A program made the translations under genes and the position numbers. Positions 57,262 to 64,000 of a stretch of DNA of 64,000 nt are shown here, piece by piece (the first letter of the stretch is position 1; each line of letters starts with the position of its first letter). This stretch comes from Abditibacterium sp. (GTDB lineage Bacteria; Armatimonadota; Abditibacteriia; Abditibacteriales; Abditibacteriaceae). The notes under the pieces were generated by a model. It was not told the DNA's origin and searched no databases. It was given only the letters and a program-made list of their open reading frames with translations. Where the stretch lies: contig CBDASK010000003.1 of the NCBI GenBank assembly GCA_965199495.1, forward strand, positions 1,376,001-1,440,000, in the 5' to 3' direction.

Positions 57262-58278
57262 TTACTTTTCGCCCACAAACGCGACGCTATTTTCCGCCAA
57301 TGCATCAATTTGTTCCAACGCGCGGCCCAATCCGTTGGCGACGCACGAGAGCGAATCTTCGGCAACGTGAACGTCCAAACCGGTGACTTCAGCGATTTTT
57401 TTATTCAATCCACGCAACTGGGCGCCGCCGCCCGAAAGCCATAGACCGTTTTGCGCGATGTCGTTGGCCAATTCGGGCGGCGTCTGTTCCAAAACCGCGC
57501 GCACGCACGCGATGATTTGATTGACCGGATCGGCAATCGCCTCGCTCAGTTCGGCGCTCGAAATTTCAATGGATTTGGGCATACCATCGCCCAAATCGCG
57601 CCCACGCACTTCAAATTTGGGTTCGGGCGATTGCGGCCACGCCGAGCCGATGGCGAGTTTGATTTCTTCGGCGCTGCGTTCGCCCAGCAAAATGTTGTGG
57701 GCACGCCGAATCTGCCGGTGAATCGCTTCGTCGAATTTGTCGCCGCCCACGCGAATCGTGGCGTTGACGACCGTGGCGCCCAGCGAAATCACCGCGACAT
57801 CGGACGTGCCACCGCCAATGTCCAACACCAATTGTCCTGACGCTTCGCCGACGCCCAAACCCAAACCCAATGCCGCCGCCATCGGCTCTTCCAAAACCCA
57901 GACTTCGCGCGCGCCCGCCGCACGACACACATCCAAAACCGCCTGCTTTTCAACGCTCGTCACGTCGCAGGGCGCGCTGACGACAACGCGTGGCCGCGTG
58001 ACGTTAAATCGTCCATTGAGGCGCACGAAAAAATGACGCAACATCGCTTCGGTCGCGGTAAAGTTGGCGATGGCACCGTCGCGAATCGGGCGAATAATCT
58101 CGATAGTGCCGGGGCTGCGTCCCGTCATTTCGAGCGCCGCCGTGCCATACGCTTTGGGTTCGCCCGTCGTCTTGACGAGCGCGACAACCGAAGGCTCGCG
58201 CAGCACGATGCCACGGCCTTTCTGGAAAATCACCGTGTTCGAGGTGCCAAGGTCAATACCTAAATCGCGGGAAAACAT
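57262..58278 (-). CDS. mreB: Rod-shape-determining actin-like protein
   Basis: GIDLGTSNT, REPSVVA, EEPMAAA, DIGGGTSDVAVIS, LEQTPPEL. Confidence 0.92.
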   Translation of the reverse strand: MFSRDLGIDLGTSNTVIFQKGRGIVLREPSVVALVKTTGEPKAYGTAALEMTGRSPGTIEIIRPIRDGAIANFTATEAMLRHFFVRLNGRFNVTRPRVVVSAPCDVTSVEKQAVLDVCRAAGAREVWVLEEPMAAALGLGLGVGEASGQLVLDIGGGTSDVAVISLGATVVNATIRVGGDKFDEAIHRQIRRAHNILLGERSAEEIKLAIGSAWPQSPEPKFEVRGRDLGDGMPKSIEISSAELSEAIADPVNQIIACVRAVLEQTPPELANDIAQNGLWLSGGGAQLRGLNKKIAEVTGLDVHVAEDSLSCVANGLGRALEQIDALAENSVAFVGEK

Positions 58279-58298
58279 GGGTCGGATATTTCGGATTG

Positions 58299-58506
58299 CG
58301 GATTTCGGATTTCGGATGGTGGTGCGCTTTGTCATTTCGAGTGAGGCACGAACCGAGAAATCTTGCGGCCCCGCGCCAGCGGAAGTCAGTCGTTCTTTTC
58401 ATTTCGGAAGTCGCTTCAACCTGCGCTGCCGCGCGGGCGTAAGATTTCTCGGTTCGTGCCTCACTCGAAATGACAAAGCGCACCACCATCCGAAATCCGA
58501 AATCCG
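58299..58506. repeat. CGTC-type REP doublet with variable 35-nt core inside (TTTCGGA)n arms (copy 3 of 3)
   Basis: 66-bp perfect arms 58299-58364 / 58441-58506; same inner stem as 26364 and 30404. Confidence 0.9.
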
Positions 58507-58509
58507 AAC

Positions 58510-61314
58510 TTACTTGCCCCGGCTCGGCGGCGGAATAACGAACGGCGGAATTTCAATCGGGCCGGGCGGAAGCGGGCGCAAATTGCCGGGCAATGGGCGC
58601 GTTGTCGGCGGCGGCGGCAAAATGACGGGCGGCGGCAACGGGCTGGGCGTCGCAGGCTGAATTGTCGGCGGCGGCGTAATCAGCGGCGGAAGGGGCGCCA
58701 CGAACGGCGGTTGCGTGGACGGGCCGCTGATAATCGGGGGCGGCGCCGTGGCTCCTGTTCCGCTATCAACGGCGCCCTGCAACGTGAAGCCCAGCGTGCC
58801 GCGCAGGGCCGAAGTTAAACGGCCTTCGGGCAGAAAAGTCGCTGTGTTGTCCCACCACGGGAAATTGCCGTTTTCGCGGCCCCAATCCAAAACTTCGCCC
58901 TCGTCGTTGTGCAAAAGCCAGCCAAATCGCACGATGTCGTCGCGTTGCGCCAACTTCTGCGGGTCAATGCCGGGCAGCGCCGCAAGCGGAATCGCGGCTT
59001 CGTAAAATGTCAAATTGCCGCGCTCGTCGCGCCGGATCGCGCAATTGGAGCCGGGCACTTGGCCGCCCCAACGCACGCGGTCGGTCGCGCGATTGAAACC
59101 AATATCGTTGCCCCACAATTTCAAGACGCGCCCGTCGTATTGGCCCGCGCCCGATTGGCCAAACGGCGCAATCAAAAAGCCCAGATCGCTGTCGCGAAAC
59201 GGCGCGCGCGCGGGCGCGGTTTCGGGCGTATCGGACGTGCCAAACGCCAGTTGAATCGCGTCGTGACCGCGCCAGAAATCATACGAACTTTCTTCAACGC
59301 GGCGCGGCGAAACGGCTGGCTCGTGGACTTCGGCGGCCAGATAAAGCGTCTGCGCGTCCCATTTGAACGCCAATTTTCCTTTGACTTTGGCGGCGTTTGG
59401 CCCGGCGTTCATCCAAATCGCGTCCTTCCAATCGCTCAAATCGCCGTCAACAACCGGGCGCGCGCCCGGCGCCACGTTGAGCGCCGTCGCGACCGGCGGA
59501 TCGAAACGCCAATCGGTGCGATTATCGGCGCGCACGATCACGCGAAATGGGTCGCCGTCGCGCCGGGGCGAAATGCCGCGCGCCGTGGTTTCCAATAAAC
59601 GAAACTCGTAAGTCTTCGATTCGCCCGCAGCCAGATTCACATCGTATTTGTCCTGCGCCGGTTTCCACGAGCGCGGCACGTCGAGTTCGATGGTGCCTTT
59701 TTGCGGGCTGATGCCGATATTTTGCAAACGCACGCGCACCGCCGCGCTGCCCGGCGCCGAAGCGGCGGCGTCGCGGCTGAGCGGCATCATTTGCGCGGCA
59801 ATCGAACGCAAGCCGCTGATTTTGGCGCGATTAAGCGCGAACGTCAAAACGTCGGGCGTGCCGTCGCTGAAAACGTAGATCGGTTGGCCCGCGATGTCGA
59901 ATTTGAGTTTGCCATCGCGCGCCGTGGCTATGGTGTTGCCAAACACGTCAACGGCGCGGCCCTGCGCCAGTTGCAGTTCCATTTGGCCGCGTCCGTCGGG
60001 CGCGTAAACCACACCGACGCCGCCGCGCGGCAACTGAAACAGCGCGCCTTCGAGCATCGGCGATTTGGGGAATAATTCTTCTTTGAACGCCGCGTCTTCG
60101 AGCGTGCGCGACAGCATGGCGAAGGCCGCGCCGCGTGCCATCGCGTCCTGGCCGTTGTTGTCGCCGCGCGGCGGCGCCAGCGATTCGGCCATCGAAGAGG
60201 CGCCAGCCACAATCGCCGACAGATAATCCGCCGTCAGCGAACCCGCAGCCACGTCGGGCGTTTCACCCGCGCCCGCGATGCGCGCGACATCGCGGCGCAG
60301 ATGAAACGAACTCAACCCGGCATTGCGCGCCGCCTGGGCGCGCGAAAGCCACAACCGGCGCAACGCCGCCGGATGCGTGACAGGCGTCGTCGGCCAATTG
60401 AACGTCACGCCATCGAGGGCTTTGATCTTGACGCTGGCGTTGGAAGGCAACGTCGGCAAACCGGTCGGCAACGGCCCCAAAAGTTTCACGTCGGAGCGGC
60501 GCGCGCGCGCGACCTGCGCCCACGCGTCCAAGTCGGTCGGCGCGACTTCGCCCGCCAATTCCCACGTCGAAAGCGCGCCATAACGCGCCAGATTGGTCGG
60601 CACTTGGCGCGACCAAAACGCTTGTGAGCGTCCCGAATCGTCGTCGCCCAGCGGCAACAGCGCGATGCTGGCCAGATTGCGCCGGATGCGTTCGCCCAAC
60701 TGGGTTTCGACGGCGCTCCAGTTGGGGTTAACCGGATCAATTGGGAGCGGCGAGCGCAAAACGCGCGCGCCCATGCGACTATAAAAATCGAGCTGGAGCG
60801 GCGACAAATCGCCCGGCGTGCTTAACACGAAAAACGACTGCGGACGCGCGATGGCGCGCGCGCCCGCCGGGGGCGCGGTGATAATGGCGAAGGGGATTTT
60901 CTGGCGCAATTCAAAGTCGGGACCTTTGACTTTGACTTTGGCCGAAACATCGAGCAAATAAGCGCCGCGCGCGCTGGCATCGAACAGCTCGCGGCGCACC
61001 AGAAGTCCGTTGGCGTCGGCGTTCAATTGCGTGTTGCGCCTGAGAACTTCGTGGCCGCTCGCATCGGTGATGCGCCATTGCAAATCCACGCGCCGGTCTT
61101 CGGTCGCCGGGTTTTCGACGCGCGCGGTAAACAAAATCGGCGTTTGGGTGCCCAAGGTGTCGCGGTCGTAAAAAACGCCGGTCGGTTCTTCGGCGCGCAC
61201 CGTCAAAGTCGGCGCGCCCGACCCCGACTGAGCCAAAGCCAACGGCAGAAGCCGAGGCGCCAAAAGCGGCGTCGCCAGCAGAGCAATAAAAAGAGAAAGC
61301 GAAGAGATTTTCAC
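58510..61314 (-). CDS. Large secreted protein with CBM9/DOMON-like domain and Pro-rich tail
   Basis: Signal peptide; PVVDGDLSDW..WDAQTLYLA..YEAAIP; poly-Pro C-terminus. Confidence 0.75.
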   Translation of the reverse strand: MKISSLSLFIALLATPLLAPRLLPLALAQSGSGAPTLTVRAEEPTGVFYDRDTLGTQTPILFTARVENPATEDRRVDLQWRITDASGHEVLRRNTQLNADANGLLVRRELFDASARGAYLLDVSAKVKVKGPDFELRQKIPFAIITAPPAGARAIARPQSFFVLSTPGDLSPLQLDFYSRMGARVLRSPLPIDPVNPNWSAVETQLGERIRRNLASIALLPLGDDDSGRSQAFWSRQVPTNLARYGALSTWELAGEVAPTDLDAWAQVARARRSDVKLLGPLPTGLPTLPSNASVKIKALDGVTFNWPTTPVTHPAALRRLWLSRAQAARNAGLSSFHLRRDVARIAGAGETPDVAAGSLTADYLSAIVAGASSMAESLAPPRGDNNGQDAMARGAAFAMLSRTLEDAAFKEELFPKSPMLEGALFQLPRGGVGVVYAPDGRGQMELQLAQGRAVDVFGNTIATARDGKLKFDIAGQPIYVFSDGTPDVLTFALNRAKISGLRSIAAQMMPLSRDAAASAPGSAAVRVRLQNIGISPQKGTIELDVPRSWKPAQDKYDVNLAAGESKTYEFRLLETTARGISPRRDGDPFRVIVRADNRTDWRFDPPVATALNVAPGARPVVDGDLSDWKDAIWMNAGPNAAKVKGKLAFKWDAQTLYLAAEVHEPAVSPRRVEESSYDFWRGHDAIQLAFGTSDTPETAPARAPFRDSDLGFLIAPFGQSGAGQYDGRVLKLWGNDIGFNRATDRVRWGGQVPGSNCAIRRDERGNLTFYEAAIPLAALPGIDPQKLAQRDDIVRFGWLLHNDEGEVLDWGRENGNFPWWDNTATFLPEGRLTSALRGTLGFTLQGAVDSGTGATAPPPIISGPSTQPPFVAPLPPLITPPPTIQPATPSPLPPPVILPPPPTTRPLPGNLRPLPPGPIEIPPFVIPPPSRGK

Positions 61315-61456
61315 GCGAAGACCTTGAGTTTGAGGCAAAGTGGTATTTGGAACGCAAAGAAGCGAAGTCGTTGCTGAGATTTTATGCCGGTTACTTATTT
61401 TGCCTCGGCTCTCCTAATTTGTCATGGGTGCAGAATGACAAGGAGAAACTTCTCAC

Positions 61457-61738
61457 CTATAAATCCAACCGCGCCTTCACTTCGTCCGCGCTCAATCCGC
61501 GAACGCGCACACTTTTCTCGCGTCCGCGCGCGCCCCGCACCAATTCAACGCTCGATTTCGGCACACCCAGCGCCTTTGCCAAAACTTTGATCACGCTCGC
61601 ATTGGCCTCGCCATCAGTCGGCGCGGCGCGCACGCTGAGTGTTAAGCGGCCCTCGCGTTCTCCGGTAATTGCGTCTTTGCTCGCGCGCGTCGTCACGCGA
61701 ATGGCGAGCAAAACGTCGGCGTTATCGTCGCGAATCAT
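61457..61738 (-). CDS. DUF167/YggU family protein
   Basis: VRAAPTDGEANASVIKVLAKALGVPKS..GARGREK. Confidence 0.9.
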   Translation of the reverse strand: MIRDDNADVLLAIRVTTRASKDAITGEREGRLTLSVRAAPTDGEANASVIKVLAKALGVPKSSVELVRGARGREKSVRVRGLSADEVKARLDL

Positions 61739-61744
61739 GCCAAT

Positions 61745-62542
61745 TTATGCGCCCAATTCGCGCGAGCGCTCGGCAGCAGCCACGACGGCGTCCATGACAA
61801 CTCCGCGAAAACCGCCGCGCTCCAATTCATGAATGGCGGCGATGGTGGTGCCGCCGGGCGAAGCCACGCGATCTTTCAAAACGCCGGGATGATCGCCGGT
61901 TTCGAGAACCATCTGAGCGGCGCCCAAAACGGTTTGCGCGGCCAACTGCTGCGCCGTTGCGCGTGGCAAACCGGCACAAACGCCGCCATCGGCCAGCGCC
62001 TCAATGAACGCGAAAACATAAGCCGGGCCGCTACCCGAAACGCCGACAACGCCGTCCATCTGGCTTTCGGGAATCGTAACGCACAGTCCGACGGCCTCGA
62101 ACAAGGCGCGCGCTTTGGCCAAATCCGCGTCGCGCGCGTATCGCCCCGCGCAAATCGCCGCCGCGCCCGCCCCGACAAGCGACGGCGTGTTGGGCATCGC
62201 GCGCACGACGGGAACCGGCTGGGCGAAGCACGCCTCGATGCGCGCCGTCGAGGCACCCGCCAAAACCGAAACGACCAATTGATTGGGCGTGATTTGTTCG
62301 CGCAACTCGGCGAGCGCACTTTCGAGTTGGTGCGGCTTCATCGCCAACACGAGGATTTCGGCATCATGCGCGGCCTCGCGGGCCGACGTGGCTGCACGCG
62401 CGCCCAACTCGTCGGCCAACGCACTTGCCCTTGATGGACTGAACAAAACGATGTCGGTCGGCGCCCAAAGTTTGGCGCCCACTAAACCGCGAACTAACGC
62501 CTGCGCCATCGCGCCCGCGCCGAGAAATGCGAGTTTTGCCAT
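61745..62542 (-). CDS. proC: Pyrroline-5-carboxylate reductase
   Basis: FLGAGAMA, RAMPNTP, SGSGPAY, VASPGGTT. Confidence 0.96.
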   Translation of the reverse strand: MAKLAFLGAGAMAQALVRGLVGAKLWAPTDIVLFSPSRASALADELGARAATSAREAAHDAEILVLAMKPHQLESALAELREQITPNQLVVSVLAGASTARIEACFAQPVPVVRAMPNTPSLVGAGAAAICAGRYARDADLAKARALFEAVGLCVTIPESQMDGVVGVSGSGPAYVFAFIEALADGGVCAGLPRATAQQLAAQTVLGAAQMVLETGDHPGVLKDRVASPGGTTIAAIHELERGGFRGVVMDAVVAAAERSRELGA

Positions 62543-62559
62543 GAATTACGGAATTGCTT

Positions 62560-62687
62560 CGGGCGCCGTGGCTTCCGTAGAGACGCCGATTTATCGCGTC
62601 TAAAACGTAACACTTGCCTTTTCATTAAAACAAGCTCAACTTTTTAGACGCGATAAATCGGCGTCTCTACGGAAGCCACGGCGCCCG
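62560..62687. repeat. GTAG-type REP doublet (46-bp perfect arms, 36-nt spacer) with GCCGTGGCT in both arms
   Basis: 62560-62605 is the reverse complement of 62642-62687; same REP core as 39175. Confidence 0.92.
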
Positions 62688-62693
62688 GCGAAA

Positions 62694-63458
62694 CTACCGT
62701 TCCCACGAACGGCGTTCGCTCGCAGCATCGGCAGGGTTCGGCTCTATGGTGATTTGCGCGGCTTTGGCCTGAGCGCGGGCGTCGTCGCGTTCTTGCTGGC
62801 TGACATCTTTGAAGATGATGTCGCGATTTTCGGCGTAATCAATTTCATCGGACGTGATCTCAAAATCGCCCGGCGTGAACAAGAAAATCACGTCGCCCAG
62901 TTTCATGGCGTGGCCTTGATCTTCGAGGCCATAGCAAACGCCGCTCATGAAATCAATGATGCGCACGGCGACCATACGCTCGACCTCTTCCAAGTTGACG
63001 ACGACGGCGCAACCGGTTTTGAGGTAATCGGCGGCCAGACTCGCTTCGTCCATCGTTTTGGGCTTGAGCGTGTAGATGTTTTTATCGCGAGCGCGCAGTG
63101 GCATGGCAACCGAACGCAAATTATGCGCGCCGCCCGAACCGCCGCGTCCGCCGCCCGGCGCGGCTTGACCTTGGCGCGACGACTGAACGCGCGGGTGATT
63201 GCCCGCGTCTTCGCCTTCGGATTGGCGGCCCGAACGCGCGGCGCTCGTCGGTGCGTAAGTGGTGCGGCTCACGGTGCGTTGCTCTTCGATGGCTTCGTAA
63301 TCGGGTTCGATCTCGATTTGCGAGGCGGGTTGTGCGTTTTGGGCTTCGTAGCGGGCGCGGCGCGAGGACGCTTCGGATTCTTCATCCTCATAGTCGTCGT
63401 CCTCTCCCATGCCCCAGACTTTGCGGAATCCCTGCGTGACGTTGCGTAGAGCGTTCAT
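62694..63458 (-). CDS. sepF: Cell division protein SepF
   Basis: ADYLKTGCAVVVNLE..RIIDFMSGVCY..IFLFTP; downstream of yggS. Confidence 0.88.
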   Translation of the reverse strand: MNALRNVTQGFRKVWGMGEDDDYEDEESEASSRRARYEAQNAQPASQIEIEPDYEAIEEQRTVSRTTYAPTSAARSGRQSEGEDAGNHPRVQSSRQGQAAPGGGRGGSGGAHNLRSVAMPLRARDKNIYTLKPKTMDEASLAADYLKTGCAVVVNLEEVERMVAVRIIDFMSGVCYGLEDQGHAMKLGDVIFLFTPGDFEITSDEIDYAENRDIIFKDVSQQERDDARAQAKAAQITIEPNPADAASERRSWER

Positions 63459-63540
63459 GTTATTTGGTGTCTCCTGTGCTGTGTTGAATCTGCGATGATT
63501 GGTGTATTGTGACGTTTCGTGCGAAACGTTGGCGCGCAGT

Positions 63541-64000
63541 TTACACTCTGGCGCCAAAAAGTGCAGTGCCAATTCTAATTTTTGTCGCTCCCTCTTCAAT
63601 CGCCACTTCATAATCGCGGCTCATGCCCATCGAAAGCTCCGGGCCAATTCCCAGTTTCACGCTCAATTCGCGCAATTTCGCATGGAAAACCCGCGTCTTT
63701 TCGGAATCTTCATCATAAGGCGGCAACGACATTAAACCTTCGACCGCTAAATTTTCGAGTTGACCAATTTTTTCAAATAATGCTGCCAACCCATTGGGAG
63801 CCACGCCCGCTTTGGAGGCTTCGTCGCCGACGTTGACCTGAATCAAAACGCGCTGAACCTTGCCAATTTTGCGCGCTTCTTTATCCAATTCTTTGGCCAG
63901 CGACATTCGATCTACCGAATGAATCAACTCGAAATTGGCGACGGCTTCGCGCGCCTTATTCGATTGGAGCGCGCCGATGAAATGCCAGTGCGCGTTTAAA
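63541..64000 (-). CDS. yggS: PLP homeostasis protein YggS (5' end beyond the window)
   Basis: WHFIGALQSNK, IHSVD, LSMGMSRDYEVAIEEGATKIRIGTALFG. Confidence 0.95.
   Translation of the reverse strand, partial: LNAHWHFIGALQSNKAREAVANFELIHSVDRMSLAKELDKEARKIGKVQRVLIQVNVGDEASKAGVAPNGLAALFEKIGQLENLAVEGLMSLPPYDEDSEKTRVFHAKLRELSVKLGIGPELSMGMSRDYEVAIEEGATKIRIGTALFGARV

Overview
GC-rich bacterial chromosomal window with about 55 CDS. I found no rRNA, tRNA, CRISPR array, integrase or transposase. The gene mix (SepF/YggS/ProC cluster, outer-membrane beta-barrel, H-X9-DG prepilin remnant, many Ser/Thr kinase-FHA genes) suggests a diderm Terrabacterium such as Abditibacteriota/Armatimonadota; this is inference only. 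Housekeeping content includes an anti-sigma pair, ilvB-ilvN, rfbF, a DtxR/MntR regulator, ndh with a Rex box, a large PAS/GAF phosphorelay, glcD, rpsT, mreB and yggS-sepF-proC-yggU. Five non-gene signals stand out. (1) The 9-mer GCCGTGGCT/AGCCACGGC occurs at least 26 times by eye, against about 1 expected. It sits on both strands, mostly inside genes, and is a candidate DNA-uptake-type or other chromosome-wide signal. (2) Two cargo insertions each lie between a host gene's replaced 3' end and a displaced copy of its old 3' end: a VapBC-type TA cassette in a kinase-FHA gene, and a dGTPase plus AEP-primase-like pair in a sirtuin gene. (3) The dGTPase plus AEP-like pair is a candidate defence system, with the dGTPase broken by an in-frame stop. 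(4) Intergenic palindromes are abundant: CGTC-, GTAG- and CCCTC-type REP doublets, heptamer inverted repeats, nested elements, and a 3-copy element with a fixed-length variable 34-35 nt core. (5) A Ser/Thr kinase-PP2C-FHA-vWA-AIM24 signalling set is dispersed across about 21 kb. All counts and alignments were done by eye.
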